Below, piece after piece: positions 24,641-37,124 of a stretch of 64,000 nucleotides of DNA. The stretch comes from Glycera tridactyla (Eukaryota). Where the stretch lies: positions 124,496,001 to 124,560,000 of the forward strand of contig OZ286460.1 in the NCBI GenBank assembly GCA_965644265.1, given 5' to 3'. How positions within the stretch are numbered: the first letter of the stretch is position 1; each line of letters starts with the position of its first letter. The notes beneath the pieces are model-generated. The model saw nothing but the letters and a program-made list of their open reading frames with translations. It was not told where the DNA came from and searched no databases. The translations under genes and the position numbers were made by a program.

Positions 24641-26316
24641 TCACCGTATTATCCTCTGGGATGCGTCTACTGCTTCTATTGTCTTGCCAGGTGCATGTTT
24701 GATTTCTATGTTCAACCCTTGTATTTCCAGAGCCCACCTAAGCAACTTAGGCGCTGACGAGGTCACAAGTCCCTTCAAATATCTGGCAGTCAGGTTATCT
24801 GTGATCACGTTTAATTTCTGCCTACCTAACAAATGATGATATAGCTGTATGGACATTATCAGACTGAAAGCTTCTTTTGAATTTATGTCCCATACACATT
24901 GTTGAGTGTTTAGTTTCTTAGAGAAAAATGCGACAGGACGCAAAACGTCGTTATCATCTTTCTGACTAAGAATGGACGAGATGCTATGCTGAGATGCATC
25001 CGTGGTTAAGAAAAATTCTCTATCAATGTGAGGATAATAGAGAACCGCATTTTTGAGCAGCTCTGCTTTCAATCTGTCCATACTCTCTTGACATTTCTGA
25101 TCCCATTTATACTCAACATCCTTTCTTGTTAAGTTTGTTATGGGCTCTGCAATTTCAGCATACTTTTTCACAAATTTTCTGTAATATCCAGTCAATCCCA
25201 GCCACCATCTGACTTCAGTCACGTTTTTGGGTGCAGGGAAGTCCTGAATAGACTTCACCTTCTCAGGATCAGGTGTTAAGCCGTCCTGGGTCCAAATGTT
25301 GTCCCAGGAATTTAAGATTTTTGCGAGCAAAGTCGCATTTTCTGGGATGAACAGTGAAGCCATACTGTCTGAACTGATTAAACACTTTAGACAGATGTGT
25401 TAAATGCTCTTGAAATGTCTTACTCACGACGAACACGTCATCAAGAAAGTTGAAAATATAGGTCTGTCTTAGTCTGCTTAGTGCTGCAGACATGGCTCTA
25501 CTGTAGGTAAATGGAGCTAAACTTAAGCCAAAAAGCATCCTAAGAAACTTATAACATCCTTTTCCTGTTGTAAATGTGGTATAATCTTGGCTGGATTTCT
25601 CCATAGATATCTTGTAGTATCCGGACAACATATCCAGAGATGACATCCATTTTGGAGACTGACGTGATATCGCATTATGGATATCGTCAAAAGTAGGCAT
25701 AACGAAATAGCCAGTATCTTTTTGAGTGGCCGCATTTAGGGCACGATAGTCAATACATGCACGATACAGGACTGATCCATCTGGTGCACAATTTTCTTTT
25801 TCACCATGACCACAGGTGACTGCCAAGGACTATCTGATTCTACTATGAATCTAGCAGCAAGTAATTCCTGGATTTGTTTATCCAGAGATTCTTGCTTCTC
25901 TGGACTAAGCCTATAGGGTCTCTGTCGGATAATGCGATATCAGGTTCTAATCTAACTTCGTGTTCCATGCAGGTAACCTTCCCTAACTGTTCAGTGGAGG
26001 TAGCAAAAATATCACGATTCTTCTCTAACATGTCTACTAGTTGCTGTCTCTGATGCTTATTGCAGTCGGACAAATCTAGAATATCAAACCACGGAATCGG
26101 CTCGAAATCCCAATTCTGCCGAATCTCCAAATCGAGAACGTTTTCTCTAAAGGCTTCTGTATCAAAGTAATTTGGTGGAACGGTCACATCAGTCTGTGCC
26201 GCTGTTTCCGCATCCTGTGTAAGCATGCAGATCTCTCGCCTAACCTCAGACGATTCCATTATGGAGAAATCGTCATCTAACTTAACGTGACCGATGATCG
26301 TTCCCGCCGGGATCAC
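24641..26316 (-). pseudogene. RT and RNase H of inner Gypsy element
   Basis: RACIDYRALN, SLDMLSGYY, FLDDVFV, LGLTGYYRKF, TTDAS, EAF and TDN motifs; frameshifted. Confidence 0.9.
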
Positions 26317-26931
26317 TCATTCCGAGCTGCTTGCGTTTGCAAGCTTCACGATCAGCGATCCCGATTTCATGGCCGTAGTGAGGCACGGATCGAATTCTTT
26401 TCCAGGCGGGAGGTCCGCATGGTTAGTCTCGGTCGCAGCATCGGCTACGGCCGGGGCTGATAAAAAGCGTAAGAATTCTTTACTCGCGATTTGCAACTGT
26501 ACTATTTGAAGTGTGTTAGCTAGAATCGTGATAGATTTGGTATTTATGACATCGACGGCTTTGTGAGTTGTCATGTTGGGGAGGATACTCGCGATCAAAG
26601 GCGAGTCATCGAAATACACCACGCCTTGTTCGAAATCTATTTTAGCATGGTGATTCTTCAAGAAGTCTACCCCTAAAATGAGTGAAACTGGTAGGCCATC
26701 AGCGACCGCGCAGGTACGCTGATACTCCCTCCCCACTATCTCAATTATCAAGTCGATTTGGCCGATGACTGGCATCTGCGCTCCCGACACATCGGTCAAA
26801 CGTATCGTACTGCCAGTCGAGATTGGCAGAGCGCCATCTATGTTGCAATTCCTCCATGTTTCTTCACTGATCAGAGTAACTGACGCACCTGTATCTACTA
26901 GCGCTTTGAACCTTACCCCTTGATGTTTCAC
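26317..26931 (-). pseudogene. Aspartic protease of inner Gypsy element
   Basis: ALVDTGASVTLIS and LILGVDFL retropepsin motifs. Confidence 0.9.
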
Positions 26932-27099
26932 GTATACAAAGTTACCATGCTAATTGAGTGTATGCAAAAATTCCTGGTCTCTGACTGATAAAACCTTTGG
27001 CACCCAAAGATGTTGAGAGAGTCCCCCTCACTTTCATGCTGATATTTTGTTGTACCAACACTGGTATGTGGCATGGTTATTGCCACAGGTCCCACAGGT

Positions 27100-28977
27100 C
27101 CTTTTCCGATTCATATCTGGTAGACTCCTGGCCCTACTGGCCTGTCTGTCCATTCAATTATTCATATAGTGACCATCTTGGCCACACCAAAAACAAATCA
27201 CCCCCAGGAAATTTTGACGCCCTGAATTTCCAGGATGTTGTTCTGGTGCCAAGGAGGTTTTTCCCACCTTCATGGCACAACTGGCTGTCCAGTGCCCTGT
27301 GTTTCCACAATTCTGGCACCTAGCCTTTGCTTTTTCGTTTTCCAGAGATCTGCAATTTTTCTTCATATGCCCCTGTTTCCCACAGTGGAAGCACTTCACA
27401 CTTGGAAGGGATGGAGGGGGTCCCCTATTACCTGGTCTGGCCCTTCATCTGCCTCTGCCTCTGCCCTTCCCATGATCTGTGGTAGTGGCAGTGCCACGAG
27501 AGGTCCCCACCATATTTATCTGGCCCTGTGGATCTTCCACCTGTGTGAGGGTGGAATTTTGTGGAATTTTCTGGACTGTGGAGATAATCCCCTCGTCCAG
27601 TCCTTCCGTCATTTTTGCATCTCTGGCAGCAGAGATGACCCCTTCCAAGGTGTCAGGGGCCCTCATCAGGATTAGATTCCTGACAGGGTCCCTAGAGCCC
27701 CTGATGATGGCATACATCAGGTGTCGTTTTCATCCTCTGTGAAGTCAATGTTGGCTTCTTTTTTGAACACCCTTTTCCCTCGTCCTATCACCTTCCTGTG
27801 GCTTTGTCTGTCCCTTGTGTCAAGGAATTCAGATCATGCAGCCTGTCCCAGCTCCTATAGCCTATATCCCCAAATTCTTCTAGAAATTTTGGTTTTAGAT
27901 TTGTGGCTTTGTCCTTGAGGGCCTCGAACCATATACAAGCAGTGTCCCCCAGCACCATAGGCATGACATCTTCAGGCTTGATGTCCTTGTAGGTGCAGTA
28001 TTTTTCAAACTTGGACCACCAGACATGAGCATCATTCTTGCCTGCCTCAAAAATGGGCAGTTTCATGATACTACCCCCTTTATCCAATTTTTGCAGCATG
28101 ACAGTCAGATCATCCGCTGTCACTGGTGCAACCCCTCTGGGTTGTTGGTTAGCCATGCCTGGATTGTCTGGATTGTCTGGATCCGAACGGTCTGGATCTG
28201 AATTTTCTGAATCAAAGTGGCCTGGGGGATCTGGATCCTGTGGAGGGTCTGAACGGTCTGTGTTGACAGATCCGCCTTGATACTGTGGATTGTTTTGTTC
28301 AGGGTGATCTGGACGTGAACTAGGTTCACTAAGAGGGTAGTGATGTGGGTCCTGTTGTGTAGGACTTGCCTGAGTAGAGCCTGGACCTCTCGGCGCTTGG
28401 ACCTCGAGATCTGAACTGTCTCTGGAGGATCCGTTGGAAATTCCAGCTGCCCTTCCAGATCAATTTCCCCTGAAACTTCGTCTATGATCCCCTCTGGAAG
28501 TGTGGCTATTTCTTCAGGGCTTAAGTATGGTACATCAACTGAGCTTTCTGCGATGCTGATATCTGATTCTAATAGATCTCCCTGTAAAAGTCGTTCGGAA
28601 ATTCCCCCTCTATCTGGAAATTCAGGCTGGTGAGCCTGTCCCTCTTTCTGTGGTGGACCTGCGATTTGTTGTGCTAAAATTTGCTGGACGTTATTTTCTT
28701 TTCTACTTCTGGTGGAGAGGGCTGGAGGTAAGGTGTCAGCAATCCCTTGTTCTATAGACACAGAACCCCAGGTGTCTGGAATACGTCAAGCCCCTTTTTC
28801 TTTGGTGACCTTGGTGGTGTCTGTGGTGCCTCCTGTGGTAGTGGTGGTGGTGGTGTAGGTATTATGTGTGTATGTACAGTTAAGGTTGGAGGTGTGAGTG
28901 ACACCACCTGTGGCTGTATTGGTGTCAGTGGTGCTGCTGGTGCAATAGCTTGTAATTCCATCTGGTCTAGATCATAG
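27100..28977 (-). pseudogene. gag: Gag of inner Gypsy element with long Pro/acidic N-terminal extension and three CCHC knuckles
   Basis: WWSKFEKYC...LGDTACIWF capsid-like segment; CFHCGKQGHMKKNC, CQNCGNTGHWTASC and CFWCGQDGHYMNN knuckles; frameshifts. Confidence 0.8.
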
Positions 28978-30099
28978 TCTATGGGATATCCCCCTTTTTG
29001 GTCCCTTTCTTCCCTTGACGTTTGAGATGACTACGTCACTTGTGTGCTCACGATTTCGACTGCACGACCACACACCTCTCCTGTTTCAATATAGCTCACA
29101 GGGAAGATGAGAACATCTTCTGGTCCCCTTAACGAATCATCTACGGCACGACAGTACTGCCCCGAAGTTGAGCTTGCGTAGACTTGGATGGCGTCCTTTT
29201 ACGTCCTCGAACACGACCTGGTCCCTCTTGAACAAATCATCGACGGCACGACAGTACCGCCCCGAAGTTGAGCTTGCGTTGACTTGTGTGACGTCCTCCT
29301 ACGTCCTATTACGTCCTCGAGCACGATCTGGTCCCCCTCAAACGAGTCAGGCTTGCGTAGACTTGGCTTGCGTAGACTTGTGTGATGTCCTTCCACGTCC
29401 CTCTACATCCTCTAGACAGGATGCAGTCTATTCCAGTCTCATACAGTCGTCATCGACGGCACCACATGCACCGCCCCGAACGTTGAGGTCCCATAGACTG
29501 GCTTCGTAGTCTCACTGTCTTCCTTCGCTGGTGAGGTCCCAAAGAATCTGCTCATCGACCGGCCACACAAGTACCCAACCCGAACGCTGCGTTGATGTTG
29601 AAGCGATGAGCCGATCGTGAAGACTGTAGTCGTGGTCGAATTCTGGTACACAAGGTCCTTCCGTTGTAGAAATTGGAATCTGTGTCGTCTTTTTCGATTG
29701 AACGTTGGTCTGCTCGCCTAAATGACGCTCCAACTGTATAAATCGCACCGCCGCTACTCCCTGATCTGTTGTGGCGAAGTCGCGGTACTTTTGTTGGTCA
29801 CGAAACTGGAATCACTTTTCCTCCCCCGTAGTGTGTCTTCTTCACGAAAATCCGTTCCCCTCACGGATAAATGACGTCCTCGCATCAGACGTCACCTTGG
29901 ACGCTGTCTGCGCTCAAGAAGTATCGACGAAAGCGCTGCTCACCTGCAGACGACGAAAATTGCCTTTTTCAAAGTTCCTGCTTGCAGCTTTTGTTCATAA
30001 TATTTACCAAGTGACTGTTGATCGTGCTGATCACCCAGAAATGATGCATTGGTATGCACAATCTATGGGCACTTGGTAGATGTTATTATCTTTGGCAAT

Positions 30100-31774
30100 A
30101 ACTGAAAACTTTGCAGGTCTCCCGATGAAACTCATATTAGGATTCCCCAGCATATTATCAAAATGATGATGTACAAACTACTTTGAACAACTTCCAGAAT
30201 TTTCCACCCAAAGTCATCGGGACATGGAGCATGCTGTTCAGCTTTCAGGCTGGATGACCAAATACTAGCTCGATGTAAGCTGTGTTTTGTATGTTAAAGC
30301 AAAGCTGCTTGGAAACAGGTTCCGTCTCAAGTCATTGACCCTTGAAGGTGCTTGTGGCTGATTACTTGGTACAATCGGATCTAACTACATATGATGTTTT
30401 GCTAAGCAATCTAAGTATACATTCCCTGGCTAGAAGATCAAGGCAAAGGATAGTTTTGATCTGAGAAAAATTGACTCAGGTCACAAACCTGACATGATGG
30501 GAATAGCTGACTGAACAGGCTATAATCATTCTCAATATCTTCCATCTGCTGCTTCATCTTTGTTTGTCAACTTGCAGTTGGCTTTTTGGAGATGAGAATA
30601 TAATTTCTCTCATCGGTTGATGAATACTGACATTGCTATCAACTTCCTTCACATATGAGGAGTACTGTAGTTTCCTGAGAGCTTCAAGTGTTTTCAGTGT
30701 GATTACAATCGACTGATCAGCACAGTCATGTGGGTCAATGTTCATCAAGTCATTTGAGCCTTCAATGAAAGGATTTTTCATGGATCTGATTGTTGGTCAT
30801 TGTCTATTGATTTGATTTTTGAAAGAATGTTGCATGGAAAACGATTGGTCATGGCACTGAAGGTCCAATCCAGCTTCGGGCATGTATTTTTTTCACAAAC
30901 TCTGTGTGCAGTTCAGGTACCTCTCGCCCAGAAACCATATATTTATCTTTTCAGAGCTACAGAATTTTCAGTCAATCAAGTTGCTCCACCAGTCTCACTT
31001 TGGCATTATTTTGTTTGTTTGCCTGGACAAGTGGCATGATGGAGTGTCTTTGAGAAGACCCAAAACTGTTCAACTGTTTCTTTCTATGACCCTCACACAA
31101 TGTCAGGGTTCCCATGCGCCCGGGAATCCGGGAAAAACCCGGGAATCTGCAAATCTTTTGCTAAAATGCCCGGGAAAACCTTCAAAATCCCAGGAAAATG
31201 ACTAAAATTGCGTGAAACTCAACGAACTTTGTTTGCGTGTAATCAGAAACGAAACACAAACATTCGAGCAATGGCTGGTTTCTAGACATGGCCCGGGGAT
31301 AATTAAGAACGTCTCGGGGACTAACACGAACAAAAGAAGGCGGTGTATTACCATTAGATTGGCTTATAATCGATAATCCTACTGGTTAATTGTAATTGAC
31401 AATGCCGGTTCAAAATCTGCGCGCGAAATACACGGGATGCTCGTGAAAAGGTCTTCTGCGCATCTTCTTTTTGCGTTAGTTCCCAATAATTTCGCCGAGT
31501 GGCGCTGCGATTGAAGCGCAAACAGCGCCACTCTGTGCGAAGTGAGATTGATGTGAGCTATCAGCAGCCTACGTTTTTGGCGCGAAAAATTTGAATGCTA
31601 TCGTGAACATGTCAGACTGACAAAGTAGCCCGGGAAAAATGACCATTTCAGCAAGGGAGAAGCCTGGGAAAAGCCCTTGAATTTCATTTGGCCAAAAGTG
31701 TGGGAACCCAGCAATGTCTTCATGACTCTGATATGCACAGGGATCTATTGATTATAAATCTGATGGTCAATGAT
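30100..31774 (-). pseudogene. Academ-like transposase, C-terminal remnants (split by a MITE; internal deletion)
   Basis: DHQ...IPVHIRVM, QNNAKV...GGA...LTEN...MVSG.EV, KNPF.E.S.DL..ID, FFS.QN.P, RVNDLRRNLF and HAPCPDDFGW. These match the C-terminal motifs I associate with Academ transposases. Confidence 0.7.
31104..31711. mobile_element. Non-autonomous TIR element (MITE, possibly hAT-like), about 608 bp
   Basis: Ends CAGGGTTCCCA...TGGGAACCCAG, subterminal CCCGGGAA repeats, CAATGT on both flanks. Interrupts the transposase pseudogene. Confidence 0.7.
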
Positions 31775-31974
31775 GCACTGCGCGTCTTTGACTCGGCTAC
31801 CAATGTTCCCGCGTTCCCTGACGCTGCTACACAACGTGGTGACTCTGCTACCAATGTTCCCGCGTTCCTTGACGCTGCTACACAACGTGGTACTTTTCAC
31901 TTCAAAGAATCCTCAGTCATTCTGTCAGATATCATGAAAACCCCTTGTTTGATTTTAGTTCCAAGATGTGATGG

Positions 31975-34680
31975 GTGAGTAAGCGGAGCGGAGAAAATTC
32001 TACCAGCATGTCCGAAACAACCCTCATATCGACGGCAGTACAGCACGCCGATGTTCATCATATTCCCGAGAAGTCAAAGGACGAAGAAATCGACTCGCTA
32101 GACAAGGGTATAGTTGCCAAAAGTAAGTTTTATTCAACGGTGAGCGATAATATGCAAGACGTCCGTACGCTGCCCTTGGCAGACGCCCCACCAGGCACTG
32201 AAGCCGTCACACTGCGCGTCTTTGACTCGGCTACCAATGTTCCCGCGTTCCCTGACGCTGCTACACAACGTGGTGACTCTGCTACCAATGTTCCCGCGTT
32301 CCTTGACGCTGCTACACAACGTGGTACTTTTCACTTCAAAGAATCCTCAGTCATTCTGTCAGATATCATGAAAACCCCTGATGTTCAATCAAATCATGCC
32401 TCTCCACTTAGAGCTAAAAGGCGTATAAAACAAGTACGAGACGTGCGTTCAAAGTCATGCGAGAGACCAGCAAATGACACCAAGGCGAAAATGAATTTGA
32501 CACCTGGTCTGATATCAATGCGTGATAAATCACAATCCAATCTCACGTTGGACAACATGTCACGATATAGCCTTTCCGATACTGAGTCCATAGCTTTGGA
32601 ATCAGACTCCGAGTCTACCGACAATAACAAGATCTCCTCACCTTGTGGAAAAGAAAGTGTCAGCAACACCCAAAGTAAAAAGAGAAGATTTAAGTCACCT
32701 CTTATTGAAACCACCATTACTACGAACATTGAAATGTCTGATCCTGATCTTGACTCTCATGCTACCAAACCTATCACAGATGAAGCGGTCCTTGATGACG
32801 ACGATGATTACTTCGAATGTGGTCAAAGGGTTCGAGATACTCAAGATTCAACAAGTTCTGACGATAATAGTTCTCCTGTTAAACCGTTTCTGCTGGACAC
32901 ATATCTAAACCATGCTGCTATTTCTCAATCTGCCCCATTTAATGATTTAGAAATCTTGCTCCCCACACATGACCAATCTCAAATTGAACCAGTTTCTACC
33001 CAGAAGGAATCGGCACGAAAAGATGTTATAGCCGAAACTTCTACAGGACCTGTCGAAAAAGACCCATCACGAAAAGAACTCGCAACATCTCAAGATAACG
33101 AACCCAATTCTCTACAAGGTGATCTTGAATCCTTTGAAACCAGACTATGGAAATCAGTTATTGACAAGCTTCCCAAAATGATTGAGCTTGTGACGGCAGA
33201 TAAATTTGACGAAGTTTCATCAGACTTGAACGAATTATCCAGAAATCATAACTACAACATAGCCGAGCTTGAATCCAGCATGCTCGCGGAACTTACTGCA
33301 CTGAAAGATGAAATGAAATTCCTAATTTCCGAAAATGGGAAACTCACTCGATCACTGAAAAAGCATGAGGATACTCACACTGACATCATCAAATCAGTGA
33401 ATGACTTCAAACGTGAAACTAGTCTCTCCATTGAAAAAATCAGAAAAGAACTTCAAGAAGTCAATTTGATCAATACTCACAAAATCCTACCCGGAAACAG
33501 ATCCAATGAATCAGAGCAAAATATTATAAAACCTATAGAAGACCAACTAAATCAACTCACAAAAAATCTTGGTCTTACTGACTTCCGTCTCGGTAAGCTT
33601 GGACAACGAATTGAAGCAGTTGAAATTGATGAGCGCCAAAATGTTGTCATCATAGAAGGTATCTCTATTCGTCCAGATGAAAACCTTCACGACAAAGTCA
33701 TTCTCACTCTAAATGAGCTACTGGAAACTGAACTCGACCACAAAGACATAATAGCATGCCAGTTCTTCAGTAAACCGTCCAATGACTCTTGCCCGAGATC
33801 TATTCGAGTTAAATTCAGATCTCAGAACCTAAAGAGATGGGTTATGCGGCAAAAAGGCAAGCTCCGAAATACGAAAACGAAGATTTTCATAAATGAGCAT
33901 CTGACCACGAACAACAATAGTATTTACTATTTGGCAAGACAAGCATGTAGGAATAAACTTCTACATCATACTTGGACAGATATGGGTCGGGTATGGGCCA
34001 CTAAATCAAGAGATTCAGTCCCCACTTGGATAAAGGATCCAGAACGCTTGAAAGAAGAGCTTGAGGCTATCGCCCATGGCAAGTATGATGACATCCCATC
34101 TAACAAAGATGGAATCTCCCCAAATCTTCATTTTCAACAACCTTCTTTCTCTCAGGAAGTCAACTCGGTTCTAAACGATCCCAAAGAGACAGAGAAAACA
34201 CGTATGGGTCTAACTGATTCTGAATCAGCGGTAAAGGCACGCATCGTAAATCGAACTGTACCACGTCACGGCCAAGTTCAGCGCGAAAATAGCAAACATA
34301 CTCCCGCACACTTGGATCGGTTTTCATCGCGCGATCAAGGACAACAACGGGATCTTCCTACAACTTCGAGGTTTAGCAATTCTGCTGGAATAGGAAACCG
34401 TCTTCTGAATATTGCACTTGGAGATCAACCTGAGCAACTACTGGATAATCCCGGTCGTAAATCTTGGAACCAGCGAGACGCAAGCTCTTATTCCGTTCAG
34501 AACAGCAAACAGCGTCACAAACAGCTGCCCTCACGCTCCAACACATTTGGAAACTATAGTTCATTCACGCCAAATAACTATAGTTCATTCGCACCAAGAT
34601 CTATAAACAAACAACGTGAGTACTTCTCTGACTACCCCCTACCTCAATATGGCAGAAGGGGACTACATTCCCATATATAA
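31975..34680 (+). CDS. LINE B ORF1 protein (first ATG at 32008)
   Basis: Long Ser/acidic N-terminus, coiled coil, then NVVIIEGI...PRSIRVKF...IFINEHLT...WTDMGRV, homologous to 6004-8019. Confidence 0.8.
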   Translation: MSKRSGENSTSMSETTLISTAVQHADVHHIPEKSKDEEIDSLDKGIVAKSKFYSTVSDNMQDVRTLPLADAPPGTEAVTLRVFDSATNVPAFPDAATQRGDSATNVPAFLDAATQRGTFHFKESSVILSDIMKTPDVQSNHASPLRAKRRIKQVRDVRSKSCERPANDTKAKMNLTPGLISMRDKSQSNLTLDNMSRYSLSDTESIALESDSESTDNNKISSPCGKESVSNTQSKKRRFKSPLIETTITTNIEMSDPDLDSHATKPITDEAVLDDDDDYFECGQRVRDTQDSTSSDDNSSPVKPFLLDTYLNHAAISQSAPFNDLEILLPTHDQSQIEPVSTQKESARKDVIAETSTGPVEKDPSRKELATSQDNEPNSLQGDLESFETRLWKSVIDKLPKMIELVTADKFDEVSSDLNELSRNHNYNIAELESSMLAELTALKDEMKFLISENGKLTRSLKKHEDTHTDIIKSVNDFKRETSLSIEKIRKELQEVNLINTHKILPGNRSNESEQNIIKPIEDQLNQLTKNLGLTDFRLGKLGQRIEAVEIDERQNVVIIEGISIRPDENLHDKVILTLNELLETELDHKDIIACQFFSKPSNDSCPRSIRVKFRSQNLKRWVMRQKGKLRNTKTKIFINEHLTTNNNSIYYLARQACRNKLLHHTWTDMGRVWATKSRDSVPTWIKDPERLKEELEAIAHGKYDDIPSNKDGISPNLHFQQPSFSQEVNSVLNDPKETEKTRMGLTDSESAVKARIVNRTVPRHGQVQRENSKHTPAHLDRFSSRDQGQQRDLPTTSRFSNSAGIGNRLLNIALGDQPEQLLDNPGRKSWNQRDASSYSVQNSKQRHKQLPSRSNTFGNYSSFTPNNYSSFAPRSINKQREYFSDYPLPQYGRRGLHSHI

Positions 34681-35605
34681 CCTTTATTCTTACCCAATCG
34701 TACGGCGAGAAATTTTAATAACTGACTCAGACAATAAACAAGCTGACTTTCAACTCACTCCGTCAAATGAATTTTCCCTGAGATTGGCCGCAGAGAGAAC
34801 AATGTGGGAATTCAGTACCCCAAATGTTTTGTTTATCGGTGATTCCAATGTATGTCACCTCAGAACTGACGTTTACAAGGATAGTTTTCCTCCTCATCTA
34901 AGTCACATGTTATCTAATGCATATTTCATGGGGTTCAGAGGCATGACCTTGGTGCGCGCTTACAACTACATGAAAGGAGAATATGAATCTTGGAACAAGT
35001 GGAATGATTATGGCATGCCTTGGGAGATCTATGATGTCAAAAGACATGATCCTAAATATGTTGTACTAGTACTCGGAGGAAATGACGTGGACAATTTCAA
35101 CCGTCATATCAATGCCTTGGAAGACCAATATACAGGCCAACAATTTATTAATGCAGCAGAACATGCTCTTGAAACTTGGAGTAATGATCTTAGACCAATG
35201 ATCAGACATTTTATCTTTGATGTATACTGCAGATCCAATGGTATACCTATCTATTTTATAACTATTGCTCCAAGAGAGTGGTGGGGAGACTACGCCCGCA
35301 GATCAGCCTCGCATATAGATTTTTTTATCAACCGCTTCCTCAGGAAAGAAATATCGATCAAAAGTCTTTGCTGCCATACCCTGTTTCACAACTATAATCA
35401 AATTTCGTTCAATCCTTCTAAAAATGACATTGTCAAGGGTTTTCTCCAAATTGATGGTGTACATCTGAACCAAAAAGGAAATATTGCCTTCTCTCGAGAC
35501 ATCATATACAGATTGCTGGAAGCTCACAGACGTGAACTCCGTGAAAAACGGAATAAATCATTAAAAGCACAGAAACGAGCGGCATACTACTCCTATTATT
35601 ACTAA
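34616..35605 (+). CDS. SGNH/GDSL-family esterase of LINE B (first ATG at 34649)
   Basis: VLFIGDSN, FMGFRG, LVLGGND and DGVHL: all four SGNH blocks with Ser/Asp/His present. Confidence 0.85.
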   Translation: MSTSLTTPYLNMAEGDYIPIYNLYSYPIVRREILITDSDNKQADFQLTPSNEFSLRLAAERTMWEFSTPNVLFIGDSNVCHLRTDVYKDSFPPHLSHMLSNAYFMGFRGMTLVRAYNYMKGEYESWNKWNDYGMPWEIYDVKRHDPKYVVLVLGGNDVDNFNRHINALEDQYTGQQFINAAEHALETWSNDLRPMIRHFIFDVYCRSNGIPIYFITIAPREWWGDYARRSASHIDFFINRFLRKEISIKSLCCHTLFHNYNQISFNPSKNDIVKGFLQIDGVHLNQKGNIAFSRDIIYRLLEAHRRELREKRNKSLKAQKRAAYYSYYY

Positions 35606-36049
35606 CTTCGTACTTGCACCTCATCACTTTGAGTATTTCAGACATGGGTACCCTCTCATAGCTGAACAGTCAACCTGAGCTGACCTACTACTTGTCACCT
35701 CCTTTCAGACGCTCCTATTTTGGAAACGTCAATTTTTTACTGTGTAATATATTTATCTACCTGCTCTCTTATGCTAACACCACATCTTGAGGTGTCTGAC
35801 CTCTTCATTTGAGACATCCTACTGACAAATTGGAGAACCAAACCAAATTGAATCAGGCAAACTGACCTTGCTGCTCTCGTTATTTGATCACCTTCAACAG
35901 CTTATCCAGTGGCAACTGTCGTATTCACCCGCTGTCTTGAATTCTTATGATTGGAGTCTCCCAATGTCTCAAGTGGGCATACTATCATGACATTAGGTCA
36001 CTTTCACTTTTATCTTATTTTCACTTCAAGAAAGACAACCTATCCTACC

Positions 36050-36365
36050 TTTTCCTGAAGTGAACCTCTTGTCAAGATCCGTGACGTTCCTAGTTTGGAA
36101 ACGTCTGCGTAACCGCTGATGAATCTCGCTGAAATTGCTCCACTTTCACTTTCACTCACACTCCTGAAGTGAACCTTTTCCAGAATCCGTGACGTTCCTA
36201 GTTTGGAAACGTCTGCTGAAACCACTGATGTCTCGCTGACATTGCATCACCTTCACTCTCACTTTTATTTTTCACTTCGAGTAGCCAACTCCTGAGATGA
36301 GCCTTTTAACAGGATCCGTGACGCTCCTAGTTTGGAAACGTCTGTAGTAGCCACTGATGAATCTC
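36050..36365 (+). repeat. Tandem repeat, 3 degenerate units of about 108-129 bp, each containing the 23-nt hairpin motif
   Basis: GATCCGTGACG(T/C)TCCTAGTTTGGAAACGTCTG blocks with the motif at 36083, 36191 and 36320. Confidence 0.8.
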
Positions 36366-37124
36366 GCATTTATGAATCTCACAAAGCTTACAGTACGCTC
36401 GTGCTGTTGTCTGGGAGGAACGTCCATTCATCTGACCGCTATAGAAATGCCTAAGCATACTGCCTAAATTAGCTGTTTTTCACACTCTACCATGCAAACA
36501 TTATCAGCTAACATTGACGTTCCTAGTTGGGAAACGTCCAAATCATCATTTACTATGCTCATCGCCCTAAGTGCCTATGCTCATATTGTATTATGACCAT
36601 ATTATGTCTCGCTTTGCCCTGGTCTGGTCACATCTCGCTTAAGTTAAGATACATCAACCATTTCTAGCCTGTATCACTGCCTGCTCCAGCTGATCACCCA
36701 CTAGACATTTGCTCTATGCATATAACATACTACCGGATCCGAACGTATCTTAGCTGCCTTCTCTGAGCATCAACATTCCACAATCTCCAGACGTTCCTAG
36801 CTTGGAAACGTCCCAAATGATAACGAACATAATACCTGATTTGAAGTACTCTCTCCATAGTACCTGAATGTATGTTGGTCAAACTGCCAAACGCCCGCAA
36901 TGTGAAGAGGAACTGTCTAATACCTCTTCAAAGAAGACCGAGTCTATAGAACACCCCTTTATGAACCTGACATTTTGAAATATCAATGCTTACCACCCCG
37001 TCTAATGAGAGGCTGTGATGTCGTGCCTATCTCTCCTTCTCATGGAAGACTGTGGATGATCATACCTTCACACTTACCTGTTATTGGTTTTCGCTCTATT
37101 ATCATACGTCCACAATGCATCCAT

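Larger units (their letters stand above)
14390..29960 (-). mobile_element. Inner env-bearing Ty3/Gypsy element, decayed; no paired LTRs detected; boundaries approximate
   Basis: Minus-strand gag-pro-RT-RH-IN-env fragments with several stops and frameshifts. Confidence 0.85.

Noticed and set aside
30040-30160. Peptide GRPAKFSVIAKDNNIYQVPIDC resembling the inner Env tail
   Set aside because: Too short and it lies in the decayed transposase region; probably chance.
36083-36365. Hammerhead ribozyme reading of GAAAC-GTC...CTGATGA in the LINE B repeats
   Set aside because: Core words are present, but stems I and II do not form convincingly and the CUGANGA core is missing ahead of most hairpin copies.
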